A model generated the notes under the pieces. It searched no databases and had not been told where the DNA came from. It saw only the letters and a list, made by a program, of their open reading frames with translations. A DNA stretch of 64,000 bases, from positions 46,066,001 to 46,130,000 of the forward strand of contig CM060731.1 in assembly GCA_030704615.1 (NCBI GenBank), in the 5' to 3' direction. This document shows, piece after piece, positions 35,686-49,627 of the stretch; position 1 is the stretch's first letter, and each line of letters starts with the position of its first letter. Position numbers and translations under genes: made by a program. The stretch comes from Takakia lepidozioides (lineage: Eukaryota > Plantae > Bryophyta).

Positions 35686-36048
35686 TCTGTAAGAGATCTG
35701 TACAAAGATAAGCAAACAGATTCTTGAAACCAACCCCCCTCCACGCAAACCTCACAGATCTTCTTACTACAGAAAAATGAGAAGCTCTCTCCTCCACAGT
35801 GTATCGGTAGAGTTACAGGAAGGAGAAAGCCAGAGAGGCTAAGTGCAATGTTCTCACAGAGGCACAATGTAGGTACCAGGTACGCCTTCGCAGACAGACA
35901 GACAGCTGGGTGAAAGACGAGACAGTGAGGCAGAGCTGCAAGCCAAGCCCGAGTACTGGTGAGTTAGGTTAACCAATACATCTCACTAACCCTTGTTGTT
36001 TTTACTAATCCAACCGACTCAACGGTGTCTCGTAACTTACTGTACACA

Positions 36049-36110
36049 TTTTATTTTTATTTTTTCAGAACAGGGGACAAGGGCCCCGGGGAATTTTATT
36101 AATAAGAAAA
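36049..36110 (-). mobile_element. 3' tail (poly-A) of an L1-like element, split from its body by the MULE
   Basis: T-rich run 36049-36065; the sequence resumes after the TSD at 51251; candidate TSD tgtacacat at 36041-36049 and 58072-58080. Confidence 0.7.
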
Positions 36111-38410
36111 GGAAGATAATAGGAATAATGTAAGAACTTAATGCAAGCGCGTCAGGACGGTCCAGCCCTGACACCCGTACCGCCGGTTCTTCGCCTCCGG
36201 CAGACATCGAAAGGCAGCCGGCTGGGCTCGGTCAATCCCTCCCCACCCCCCGCCCTCATCCCATCGGCGTCGTCACCCCAGGCGCGTCGTCGCCCCTGCG
36301 TCGTCGTTCTGCGACACCAGTCCGCCGCTTCCAGCAGTCCACCAGTTCCCTGTAACCCCCGCCCCGGGTTCAACCATCACCCCCATGTAACCCTCTGTAA
36401 CTCCGCCGAGTGTAACCCACACCACCGTGTAACCCTCTGTAACCCTATAACCCCATGACCCTCTGTAACCCTCACCACCATGTAACCCTCTGTAATCCAT
36501 GTAACCCTCTATAACACCGCAGAGTGTAACCCCCACCCCTATGTAACCCTCACTACATGTAACCCTCTGTAACCCATGTAACCCTCTATAAACACTGCAG
36601 AGTGTCACCCCCACCCCTATGTAACCCTCACTACATGTAACCCTCTGTAACACTTTGCAACCCATGTAACCCTATGTAACCCTCTGTAATCCATGTAACC
36701 CTCTGTAACACCGTAGAGTGTAACCCTCACTCCCTGTAACCCTCTATAACCCTTTGTAACCCATGTAATCCTCTGTGACACTCTGTAACCCATGTAACCC
36801 TCTGTGACCCTCTGTAACCCATGTAACCCTCTGTGACCCTTTGTAACCCTCACCACCATGTAACCCTCTGTAACACCGCAGAGTGTCACCCTCACCCTAT
36901 ATGTAACCCTCACTCCATGTAACCCTCTCTGACCCTCTGTAACCCTCCCCACCACATGACCCTTTGTAACCCATTTGTAACCCCTGTGACCCTCTATATC
37001 CCTCACCAGGTGTAACCCTTACCACCATGTAACCCTCTGTAACACCGCAGAGTGTCACCCTCGCCACCATGTAACCCTCACTCTATGTAACCCTCACAAA
37101 CCTTCTAAGGCTCTGTAACCCATGTAACCCTCTGTAACACCGCAGAGTGTCGCCCTCAACCCTTATGTAACCCTCACTCCATGTAACCCTCTATGACCCT
37201 TTGTAACCCTCACCACCATGTAACCCTCTGTAACACCGCAGAGTGTCACCCTCACCCCTATGTAACCCTCATTCCATGTAACCCTCTCTGACCCTCTGTA
37301 ACCCATGTAACCCTCTGTGACCCTCTATATCCCTCACCAGGTGTAACCCTTACCACCATGTAACCCTCTGTAACACCGCAGAGTGTCACCCTCTCCACCA
37401 TGTAACCCTCCGTAACCCTCACAAACCCTCTGTGACACCGCAGAGTGTCACCCTCATCCCATGTAACCCTCACTCCATGTAACCCTCACAAACCCTCTCT
37501 GGCTCTGTAACCCAATGTAACCCTCTGTAACACCGCAGAGTGTGTCGCCCTCACCCTTATGTAACCTCACTCCATGTAACCCTCTGTGACCCTTTGCAAA
37601 CCTCACCACCATGTAACCCTCTGTAACACCGCAGAATGTCACCCTCACCCCTATGTAATCCTCACTCCATGTAACCCTCTCTGATCCTCTATAACCCTCT
37701 GTAACCCATGTAACCCTCTGTGACCCTCTATATCCCTCACTAGGTGTAACCTTACCATCATGTAACCTCTGCTGTAACACCGCATAGTGTCACCCCATTC
37801 CCTATGCATCCTCACTCCTTGTAACCCATGTAATCCTCTGTGACCCTATGTAACCGTGTAACCCTCTGTGACCATGTGTAACCCATGAAACCCTCACTCC
37901 ATGTAACCCTCTGTGACCTCTATCTATAACCTCTCACCAGGGTGTACCTTCACCACCATGTAACCCTCAGTAACCCTCTGTAACACCGTAGAGTGTCACC
38001 CTCACCCCTGTGTAACCTCACTTCATGTAACCCTCTGTGACCCTTTGTGACCCTCTGTAACCCTCACCAGGTGTAACCCTCACCACCATGTAATCCTCCG
38101 TAACCCGTTTATCCCTCTGTAACACCGCTGAGTGTCACCCTCACTCCATGTAACCCTCCCATGTAACCCTATGTCACCCTTTGTAACACCATGTAACCCC
38201 ATGACCCTCTGTAACCCTTTGTAACATGTAACCCTCTGACTTCAGCCTTTAGCTCCGCCTCGTGTAACCCTCATTGTGCAACTCTCACATTGTAACCCAC
38301 CATGTAACCCTGATACTGTATCAATCCCCTCCGTGTAACCCCCGATTGGGTCACTCATAGCTCGTGTCACCCCGGATCATTATCCCCAACGCATGTCACC
38401 CCTGTTCGTG
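36111..38410 (+). repeat. Left TIR: ~240 bp unique GC-rich terminus plus ~2 kb modular (GTAACCCT) repeat
   Basis: Dense copies of tgtaaccct, gtcaccct and gtaacacc, with higher-order units such as tgtaacaccgcagagtgtcaccctcac. Confidence 0.92.
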
Positions 38411-38632
38411 TAGCCCCTTGGTGCCGGCAAAAATTGGCGGGCTCCAAGAGGTGTCAGATATTTTGAATTCAAACCTGGGTTACACGATTCGGTGACATCA
38501 ACACCCACGTGTAACTCCATCATCGCTCGTCATTTTCACCGGGTGCGTAGACGAGTGCAGTCCCGAGGGCTCCCGCTGCGTTGCCCGCGTGTGTTATCGA
38601 TTTGTACTGTATGGTGGTACTGTTGCTTGCTA

Positions 38633-41600
38633 ATGGCATGTGCTGCCGCGAAGGTGCTAGACGAGGAACGCAAAGCAGCATTAGAATCAAATGGTTTGAA
38701 GATAGGCGGGAGGAGGGAGAACTCTGTCATTTGCAGCATTTGGTATCTCATTTGAAATGCATCCTCCAGCTGCCCATAGACGGGCTTTTCAATCACACAA
38801 ACCTCCGTTGGATACGCCAGGTTTCCCAGGAAAGGGAAACGGATATCCATCGAAGTAGCTGTCATTCCATGGTCTAGCCTTCTGATTTTCTGGAGGGGAG
38901 GAGAAAGGAGGACCAGTGGATGGGAAGACCCAATTTTATCTTTCACAGATGCGAATTTTACCGTACAGTGATGTTGTCAGATTTGACAACACCGCGTGTG
39001 CAAAAGGTTACCGTCAGTGGCATAAGTAAGTCAACTTATGAGGGTTGTATAACATATCCCGCCCCGCCCACTTCTTTTTTGCTGGCCTAGCACAAGTCGT
39101 CGTATATGGCGATAACCCTCCTCGCTTTATATGCTTTTTGCAGGTACCACTGCTGCTACGGCCCGATAGATAGGCGACGGACCCGCCGATTGTGAAAGAG
39201 AAAGAAAACCGATAGCAGCCTCCGATAATCAACAAACCAGTCATACGCGAATCAGACGTTAAAGCAGCGGATTTCGGAGAGTCATACAAACGGGGTGGTT
39301 GTACGTGTAGCTTCAAAGTTGGCCAGTGTTTTCTAGATTCAGAGTTGGCAGTTGATCATCGCATACTTTCAAGAAATAGCATGTGGATGCAAAAGGAAAG
39401 CCATGTCTGGTTCAGCTGACCCTCTCTTCCTATTTCTCGCGATTCGTGACCATGCCCCTCGTTCTTTAGCCAGAAGATATGAAACGTGGTGGACGCGATA
39501 GTCTTCGCAGTGGCCTTATCTCCAGCTATGATTATGACACAACACACTCCACAGTTCCAGGAAGCTTGTGCGTGTCTCAGCCAGCATGGCATTGGAGTCA
39601 GCTTTATTGTTTATTGTTCGAGTACGATCGTGAGATAAAACATTGCCGGACACGCTGCGATTGAGAGTTACAAAAAAACATCCAGATGATGCATCAAAGT
39701 GTACGTATGTGGGTCGATAGCAATCCTGAAAGCGTCTTCTTCTTACATGAAGAGACATGCCGCCAGTGCGGGTGGTGGGTGATTTGAAGTTCGTAATTGG
39801 AATACAAACGGAGTGGCAAAAAAACAAGAAAAATGATCGACCTGGGACACAACCGTGTGGTATCGTGCGATTGCAACATTTGGGAACCAACGAATAAAAA
39901 ATAAGGTATTCGTGTCACGCTTTTCCCTTTCATTGCGTTCTGAAATGTGAGTGCCATGCAACTGTTGCCAATATATAACACTCACCTTATTAATTTTTGT
40001 ACCATTGCGACATTGCAGTTCCCAATGTATACCATGATGGTGTTCAACGAATGGCTCAACGGCATAATGTGGCTTATATTATATCAGCGAACACAAAACG
40101 AACTGACCTGAGCCCCTGGATTGAAACGTCTTCGCGACCGATCTTCAGAGCAAAACCAGATTGGAGGACCAAATGCTTTGGTTGTCGTCGATGCAGATGC
40201 AGAAATCATATCGCTATGTCAGGTACCTGGCTAGAAGTTACCAATGTTCTGAGTCACACAGTAATTCACACACACTGTGCATGCACGAGGGGTTTCATGT
40301 GATCGGGCTACACTGCTGCTAGTTTACACTGAGAATCACAGTAAGAGTTAAAAATCTGCCCAGTTACAGAGGGGGTGCATTGCTGCCCTGTAACACTTGG
40401 AGTTACACTGTCAGTTGCTTGAGGGGTACATGAATTGAGTTTGCAGTGCTGTCTGTTACACTGAGGGTTACACTATCAGTGTAGACGATGGTTATACTGC
40501 CTTGAGTTGGACGGAGGGTTACACTGCTGTGAGTTAGACCGAGGGTTACACTGCTATGAGGTAGAACAGGGTTACACTGTGAGTTACACTGGGAGTTACA
40601 CGACGTGTCATCCGCAAGTCCTGCATGGATTAGGTTGCACTGCTATAGCCTGTGAGTTACACTGGGCAGCATCGCAGAGGGTTGTATGGGTTGTTGGGTC
40701 GCTCTGAGGTTACACGGTTGTAACACGGATTGCGTTACAGCGCTCGAGGGGTTATATGGTTGGGTTACACTGCTGTGAGTTTCACTGATAGTTACATGAC
40801 CAGATGCACAAGGGGGTTACATGAGTACACTACTAAGTGTGACACTTTGACGAGTTACACTTCTACGAGTTACCACTGCGAAAGAGTTCCTCTGATAAGA
40901 GTTACACTGAAAGAGTTACATGATGGATTGGGTGGCATGATATGTGTGTGCGTGTAGGGAATCGTTTGGGACGTAGCGATATTCTACGCCTTGGAATGTT
41001 CGCCGCGCTTGGCTGAAACATTCGTGGCGTAAGATGCCCGATCCATACACTCGCAATGCTGTCTTGAAAAGCTTGGCGACGTAATGTACGGCATTAACGC
41101 TGTGTGTGGGAGTCACCCAGAAGAGTGGGGCGCTGGAGCGACTGGAAGATTTGAATTATTCATATCCGCTTGCGCGTGACTTCCTACATTCCATTAGAAT
41201 GGATGGGGTCCAAAACTGAGCATGTGATCACGGGGCTCGTTATATCCCCACGCAAGTCAGGATTACTAATGCCGCAATTGAATCTTGGCACGGAAATTTG
41301 AAGGCTCGTTTCGCCGGCGGAAAGCAAAGGCTTGATTTTTGGCAGGAGAATCGATTGGCTAATCAGCGACAACTCGTGGTGTCTGTTGTTTCAACCCACT
41401 ATTGTAGAGTATAGAGAGTAACTGAAATCGAAAAGGCTTCAAAAGGAAAATGTACGACAGAGGAGGAATTTATCAGTAATGTTGTTTGGACTGCAAGGAT
41501 GGATCCCTGATGTCATGTTCACTTGCCCACTGTTCCTGGTCGTCCCCGGCAATTGCGGATAGTGTTCAAAACGGCCGGTCGAAGCTAAACAATCTATGCA

Positions 41601-42080
41601 CCTGCGACCACCTGGGTTGTTGCGATTGTCCATGGGCTTGGAAGGGTAACTTGTGCAAACATCAAATCCGCGTTCTTCAATTGATTGTTGAAGCAAATCT
41701 GAAGGAAGGGCTTATTGTGAAGCTCTGTGGCACAAAGCTCGGGACATTCATGGAGGTCTTCACATGTTGATGAAATCGGAACTTCCAGATGCAGAGGAGG
41801 AAGTTGTGAATTAGCAGAGCCTACGGAGTGCTCAGCATCATCCCAGCGTGGTCGGCAGGAGCCATCGGATGTTTCATCAATTGAATCTGAGATGAAGTCC
41901 CTGTCGCTTCTTGGCAATGAGAGTGAAACAATGCGCAAACATTGCTTGCCGAGCTTCGTTGTGTGTGGGAGGCTGTCACTTTACAAGTTAGAATCGACAA
42001 AGGTCTCTTGCACCCTCTTCAAGCGTTCCATTCATAAAAAAATGATGATGGAAACAAAGTCCCTTGCCAGAAAGTAGATT
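38633..42080 (+). pseudogene. MULE transposase-like SWIM gene, intron-containing, many frameshifts
   Basis: Frame-hopping motifs: VIPWS..DF; YHCCYGP.D; KRG.CTCSFKV..HVDAKGKPC; IQTEWQ..GHNRVVSCD..FG; MMVFNEWLNG..AYIIS..PWIE..KPDWR..DADAEI; WNVRRAWLK; SWIM CDCPWAWKGNLCKH (41622-41663). GT-AG intron 40223-40957. Confidence 0.72.
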
Positions 42081-43477
42081 TTGTAGACCGGTTCCGTAGT
42101 AAGTGACCATTGAGTCCATTGGCAATGACACTTTTTTGTGATCACCAAGTTTAATATGAAGTACATGTTGTTCATGGGTTGTTATTCACTTTGCCATTCA
42201 TCCCACATTCAACCTATGTAACCCACTCAATGGGACACCCATGGGCCGGGGGGGGTACCGTGGGTGACACACGCGAAGGGTTCCACCGTCTGGGGTTCAT
42301 AACGTAACATAGTTCTTATTAGGGTAACTCGCATCTGTGGTACTCCACACAGTTTAACACAGATGAGTGTGAACCTCTTCAGTGTAACTCCAAGTGTAAC
42401 TGCAATGTAACTATCAACAGTGTAACCCAGTATGTAACCCATAGAATATTGCTGTCAGTGGTGTGTAACGATGAGAATTATAAGTCGATGATTACAATGT
42501 GACTACAGGGTCTTGGTTAGTCTGCCGGGGTTAACTGACCCTTCAATACAGAGTGGGAAGATGCTGAAGTCGAGCACCTTTAGTCACCAACACTAGCCCC
42601 TGTATGTGTAACCCCTCTATGTGTAACCCAATTTGTGTGTAACCCATGGACGTGTAATCCATGAGAAAGATAATCATTCCGTTCAACCTATGTTATGGAC
42701 CGTGTAGCCCTCCGGAGTGTAACTGGTTGTTGTGTAACCCCAAGAAGTATGTATCCCGACCACATGTACCCCCATTGATGTCACCCATCGCATGTAACCC
42801 ATTGTACAATTGGGGGTGCACGCTATAAAACCCCGATGCTACATCACCCATCTTATGTATCCCCACGACACGTAGCACTTGTATAGGCTACCTGCCCACT
42901 TTCATGTGCACAGTGTAACTTAGAACTGTGTAACCCTCTTGAGTGAGTGGACCCAAAGTGTTGTAACTCCAAGAAGTATGCAGCCCGACCAGATGTTACC
43001 CCCACACTATTGTGACCCCATCGTATGTAACCCATTGTACAGCCCTCATGTATGTAACCCCATGTAGTATAAATCTGAGAACTTCAGTTCACAAACACTT
43101 CAGTGCGAAAAAAAATAAAAATAAACAAATGCGCATAGTCGAGGTGGGGTTACATGCCACGAAGTATACTATTTCAGCAACGTGACCCTGACATAGCCAG
43201 GAAGGCCCAACCATGTAACCCTAGGCCCATGGTATGTAACCCATAAGTGTAACCCACGTTGTGAGACCCGGCATGGTGTAACCCATCACTTATGTGTGAA
43301 CCCCACAGAGTGTAAGCCCATTGCCCCGGGGCCAAAGGTGTACCCAAGTACTTGTCTATGATTCCACTCATGTAACCTTATAAGGTGTAACCCCATGTAA
43401 GCCCATGCATGAAACCCAAACTGTGAAGTGTACGAAAACAAACCACATAGAAGCAAAAATGCATCAAGAGACGTTAT

Positions 43478-46400
43478 TTATTTCTTTGGCCATCTGACCA
43501 AGTCTTTGTCCATCTCGTCACACAGCCAACTAATCATATGAGTACGGGAAGCTATCATGGTTGACTCGTTGAACCAACTTGCAGTAAACGCCCGCCTATG
43601 ACGGGTTCGATCTTCTGTGGTTTTCACATTGAACTTCCACTCAAAGTAAAATTGCACAAAAACAAAGTGCATAATAGCGCTCCCAACAGCTCCGTTGCTG
43701 GGGGACATGGCCTCAAACCATTCCATCCTCTCCATGACGTAACTGAAGTCATCGATCCAGGCATGAAATCAAAGAACGCTATGGCAAAATTTCGCAAAAT
43801 TCCTTCAATGAGTTTGGGTCGGGCAATGGTTTTATGGGAGTCCAAATGTACTATCCGACCTCGGCGCTCTAAAACAGCAACACTCCAGTGATCACTGCAA
43901 CACAAACAAAGCCGTTACGTCAGAATAGAAAAAAACATCTCCAATGAAACCCATTGTGGTTGTAACCCAGTAGTGTAACCCTTTGTACTGCTAACTCTAA
44001 ACGGTGTTAAACAACTAGTCAGCAGTCACTAGTGCAACTCAGTCTAGAATAGAGGAGTGTAACCCAACATGCTCAGTCAACGCTGAAATTACTTACTCGA
44101 AGACAATAGGGATGACAACCACGTCACAAGATCTCGATTCTTTGTGAACACCATCCCTCGGGCATCCTGAGTGTACCATCCTTGCACCAACCCGAATAGC
44201 GTCTGCAGATCGTTACCATTGGTACGCATGACATGCCATTGGAAAGGAGCACAGATGACAAACGCAGGTGCGATAGCCTTAAACAATTGGCCTCCAGAAG
44301 TTGTTGTAACCCGAGAGCAATGCATCTGTGACAGTTGCTCTTATTTTTATACATCGCTCAAAATCTGTCTCTTCCAAGTAAAACTGTAACGGACTAGAAG
44401 CCAGGAAGGCATCGTCATAATAAAACTTCACTTCGGGCGCCCCAGGAGGTCCGACACCATTCTGAACTTTGTCAAGTACCGTTGTTTTAGTCCTGCACAA
44501 CAAACCGCACATTACGAACATTACGATGCATCATACAAGAGTTATAATCAATATTCAAAATCAGAGAGGATCAAAGTACAATGAGGTACCTCGAACGCTC
44601 CCCGCAAATGCTTGGCAAGGACCTCTTGCTGCTGGACAACGTCAAACGCAGAGACTCCTGCACTTTTTGGCCTTCGGTTTGGTTTCGCTGTTTTTTGGGT
44701 GCGACAAGAACATATTAATCTTGTCAGCGCTAGGGGGTTCAGCCAACCGCTTTCTTTGAGCAGGCAGGCCGTTTTTTGACCTCCTGGGATTCTCTGCAAC
44801 CCTGACAATGCCGCCGGGTAGGGGGAATTTCTGAGCCAGAGGTGCCTTGTTCTGAGTTTGTTGCAAGTGCTGAAGACTGCACTTCCTTGTCTAAGACGTG
44901 CTGGGGAGGTGATTGACCAAGGCAGAAGTGTCACAGCTCACCTCCTCGGTGCTACCCTGTCGGTGTCACCCTTCTGTTCAAACCCCTTGTCAGAGTCACG
45001 CTTCTTAGTGTCACCCTTCTCTTCGGCTACCTCCTCAGTGTCACGATTCTCAGTGTCCCTTCTTCGGCTTCCTTCTCAATGTAACCCTTCTTCTTCGGCT
45101 ACCTCCTCAGTGTCACTCTTCTTAGTGTCACCCTTTCTCTTCGGCTACCTCCTCAGAGTCACGATCTCAGTGTCACCCTTCTCTCCGGCACCTTCTCAGT
45201 GTCACTGGTCTCAGTGTCACCCTTCTCTTTGGCCGCATTAACAGTGTCACTCTTCACAGTGTCACCCTTCTCATTCACAGTGTCACCCTCAGGTGCAGTG
45301 TAACCCTCGGTTTCAGGGCATCCTCCCTTGTGCAGTGTCACCCTGCGCATCAATGGGACCCACGAAGGCTGGGTCATTCTGAGAGAGGTTGACCACATGA
45401 TCCTGACAATACTTACATTGCTGCATCGAGGGTTCAAAACCAGCATCTCCAGATTCAAAAGTCATACACAGACTCTGGGTCGAGCGGGTCCCTGATTCTT
45501 CGATTAAGACCTTCAAAGAAAATGACTGGGGCTGCGGACAAAGAGGTTCGCACTTGGTGTTCCACCTTGATGTATCATCTTCAGTATCAGTATCAGAATT
45601 CATGGGCAAATCCCGCGTCAAGTCTGCTAGGTTCACCCCTAAGTGCAGCTGGGTTGAGTACAATTCACCAACCTGCGACAAAGATACAACGGCAGATTGA
45701 CTTGGAATGATGTCATCGTCATGTACATCGTCGCTCTGCGGGGCGGGGAAATTGGCCCATCGCTCGTCTGCGCGCCCCCTGCGCCCCCTGCATCGCATTG
45801 TGGAGGGGCCCCATACACAACTTCGTGAAGCTCACGTTGAGCCTCGAAAAAGGTTTTTGAACGCATTGGCGACTTGATTGGTCATGAGCTCGGACTCATC
45901 TGCATCGGGGAAAAGACAAAGGTTTTTAGTCGTGGAACGAGGTTTGAAAGTGCAAGGGTTACACTATGTAAGGTTACACTGACTAGGACAAGACAGTGGT
46001 TCGGATTACACGATGTGGGTTACACCACCCTGTTAGAGACAGTAGTTTGCAATGGGTTACACTACCATGGGTTACACTACTGAGATTACACAACGAGAGG
46101 GTAACAAATCTAGGGTAACACAACGAGGGGTACCATTAGGGGTACACTGATTACAGGGTTACATACTCCGAGGGTTACACTGATTACAGGGTTACACACA
46201 GCGAGGGGTACATGAGTACAAGGTTCCACATAGCGAGGGTACACTGATTACAGGGTTACACACAACGAGGGTTACACTGAGTTACAAGGTTCCACATAGC
46301 AAGGGTTACAATGATTACAAGATTACACACAAAGGGGTTACACGACAAGAGGGGTGACAGTGGATGGAGTAACACTTACAGAGATACCGGCACTACAGAC

Positions 46401-48312
46401 CCAAGGTCTCTCATATACTGGATGCCCAAACGCGCATTGAAGTCCATTTTTGTTGGTGATTCGCTGAAGAGGCCACAACACCAAAGCTGGATAAACGATT
46501 CTCTCTATTGGATCGTAAAGTGATGGGCGACGCGACGACGGCTTGCCTTGCAAAACTGTATAGCTCCGTTGATCTTAATTGACCGGTCACCCCACTCTTC
46601 TGTATCAAACTCGATCTTAAGTCTTCGAGCTCAGAATCCAAGGTCGCAATTCCGTCACCAGGTTGTGCAAAGTACATCAGACTAAAGCCGTAATACTCAT
46701 CGACCAGGTCCTTACCTTTGAGGCCGTAAGAGCACTTTCCAGAAGTTCACTCGTGAACCCCAACCTGGGATGCATTTGGGAAACTGACCTGCCATGATTT
46801 CTTACATCGTTGTGGGCCAGAATTCTCAAAAGGAGTGGTGGTGGTCCAATGTGCGGTTTGGTGAGATTCTCCATTTGACTGATCAATCCTTCGGCAAAAC
46901 CACGAGTGAATTCCAACGGATCTGGAAACAACCAAACCTTGATTCCATCTACAGTAATAGTGATGACAAGAGGATTTGAAGTTCTGGCATCGTCAGGTCG
47001 GTATTGCCAACAGCTAGTTCGTCCATCGTGTCATCATCATGTGAGGCTTGGCTCTCTCGATGGACTCGTGTAAGTCTCCCACCTTTTTTCTTTTTCTGCT
47101 TTGGCATGTCAGGATGCCCAATGCTCTCTAAATACTCCTTCACCGATTCAATTCCTCTATCATTAACGGACCATGATCCGGCTGGGCAGTAAACGCCTTG
47201 TGGGAGCAACAACACTGTCCATATCATCGCTTCTAAGATGATATCGAGCTCCCTGCGCAATACAGCGTGAGGGGGTTACACCAGAGAAAAGGGTTACAGC
47301 ACGAGGGGTTACACATGAAAATGGGTTACAAACAAGATGGGCTACACGGGGTTACACAGAGGTGGGTTACACACCATAGGGGTTTTTAAAAAGGGTCCTC
47401 TGTAGGTGGGTTACACGCCACAGGAGAGACAGGGGGGGTAACACAGGGGTTACATGGATAGACAACAGCCCAAAATTTGAAAAACAGGAGAAAATGGCAG
47501 GGAATCCAACTTGATTGTCTGTCGATAGAACCCAACTTGATTTTGCAGTTGTCGCATGGACTGCGCCCTGCCTCGCGCAACAAATTCTTGAATGCTGCCA
47601 AAACCCCTTCAAATCATTGGAATGACAGGAAATGGGAACTGCAGACAGAATAAGGCCATGCGCGCAGCAGAAGATTGATCCTGGAGTTCGCTTTCGCAAG
47701 ATGAACCTTGAGCTCCGGTTTTCCCCGGTTTCCAATGTTGATTTTCTTTGCAATAGGGATAGGTAGAGGCGGGCTCAATCGCCGCTTGTCTCTCTCGTTA
47801 GAAACCTGCCGAATAGAAGGACCAGGGACAGAAACAGCAGGAGCATCAGAAGATGGAACCTCTGTAGCAGAAATAGCCGAAGAAGGTACAACAGCAGGCA
47901 CTTCAATAGGATCTGCAATCTCACCCTATTTTGCAGAATCCATGCATGATATGCATCAACAGAAGAAGCTGGAACAGAATTCATTCACATTTTCAACAGC
48001 CATGGCATGCTTGAGCTCCGCATTAGGAAACGGTTTTGTTCCTTTCGGTCTGGCCATACATGCGGCCATTCCATCGACAATATGCCGATTCAATCTGCTC
48101 TTATCTACCTTTACTGCCCCACAATAAAGACATTTGAACTTAGGCCGGCCCTTTGCTCCCTCCACCTTGGCCTCTCTACACCTGGTGTGGCAGTACGCGA
48201 TCATTGTAGCATGCTCATGCTCAGTGTACCAGAAGCGAACTCGTTCGCCATCCCTTTTCAAGTGATCAAATGGAATAGTAGCCTCTCCAGGGAACAAATA
48301 ACAATCAGCCAT
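43478..48312 (-). pseudogene. Second MULE gene, convergent with the transposase: N-terminal Zn finger, acidic linker, C-terminal Ulp1/C48-like protease; multi-exon and degraded
   Basis: MADCY..FKCLYCG..LNRHIVDGMAAC; GT-AG introns ~45900-46379 and ~43896-44095; DHWSVAVL..IVHLDS and PQQRSCWE at 43680-43895 resemble the Ulp1 H/D/Q-C motifs. Confidence 0.55.
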
Positions 48313-49560
48313 GACAAAAGAAAAAACTGACAGAAGAGAAGAGAAGAGCAAGAGCAAGAAAAGACAAGACAAGAAAAGACCAAGACCAAGAGAATTCCGA
48401 AGAACGCACAACATGGAGCACGCACAGCAAGGAGTGCAGGAAGAATAGGAAAGGCTGCGAGAAGGGGAAAACTGAACAATGATCAAAGAACGAAGAACGA
48501 AGCTAGCTAGATGTCACCCGTAAGGCACGTCGGTTAAGCGAAAGACGGCGGTTCATTAAAATCTGGCGGCTTGCAATCAATTATATCCGCACTGACTCAC
48601 ACGTGTATGAGTTGCAATCCCGGTGTCACCCGGAATAGCGGAGTGTAACCCGTAACCCTACTCTTGTGAGCGCGACAAACCGGCCGTTACCGCATGCCAG
48701 GCACGTCAAGTGTAAACCTCCGTCAGGTACCCACATATGATGTAACCCTTCGTCACAACCTCATGTGCCCCTAGTCTATGTGACCCCCGAACACAACATC
48801 GATGTAACCCTGTCATATCAAACCATTAGTATGCAACCTCCAGGTAAACATGGTCAATGTAACGCCCCACCCATGTAACCCTAGCCTATGTGGCTCCGCG
48901 AGCGCAACATCCACGTAACCCATCAAACATGTCAACCCCATCTAAACTTCCATTACTAAAACGTCTACCAAGCCAGCATGTATTGAGAAAGAAAACACCG
49001 TGTAACCCCCTGTGTGTAACCATAGCACACGTGAGGTAGTCTTATAAACCATCAGACATGTAACCGGTTGACAGTGCTTGCAAAACACGCATGATTCGAT
49101 ACGTATTGCATCCATAATTAGCGATGAGTAGGCTGCCCCGACTGGTGTGTGAACAAAAGATACACGAGAGGAGAATGAATGGGCACCCCGTCAAATGAGC
49201 GGCTGCTTGCATGGCTAGACGCGAAAGAAACAAAACTTTTCCTAATGCGGATCTTAGGAATACCATAGCCATCGGGGGACGGTGACAAAACAACAAAATG
49301 ACATTGACAAAGAAAAAGAAAAAGAATAGAGACAACCGTATCAATCGTAGAGAAAACCGTAGTAATAGATTTGACGGATCGTGGCACGGAAAGCGTTGTC
49401 TTGTATGTTGCTGGGATGACGATACTGAACTGAATGAACTACAAATCTTTCGCATTGATGTGTGAAGCCGATTGGGCGCCATGGGAATTGTAGAAAGCTG
49501 ATGCCCCAAAGCAAAAAAACGAGCGAGCTAGGAATCTGAAAAATGGATGGAGAGAGCAAA

Positions 49561-49590
49561 TTAGGGTTTCGGCCTCTATTTAAACCTCCA
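49561..49590 (-). promoter_or_regulatory. TATA-like box plus telobox just inside the right TIR, candidate promoter of the minus-strand gene
   Basis: Minus strand reads tttaaatagaggccgAAACCCTAA, followed by a CT-rich tract. Confidence 0.35.
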
Positions 49591-49627
49591 TTCGGCCGTC
49601 GGATAGTTTACACGTGTATGATGTATT

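Noticed and set aside
36273-37780. ORFs rich in VTEGY/RGLH, also at 49888-50501
   Set aside because: Translation by-products of the repeat array.
36350-38300. Interstitial telomere or CRISPR array
   Set aside because: The unit is GTAACCCT with modular spacers, not (TTTAGGG)n. It is mirrored at 49.6-51 kb and bounded by a TSD, so it is a TIR. No cas genes are present and the context is eukaryotic.
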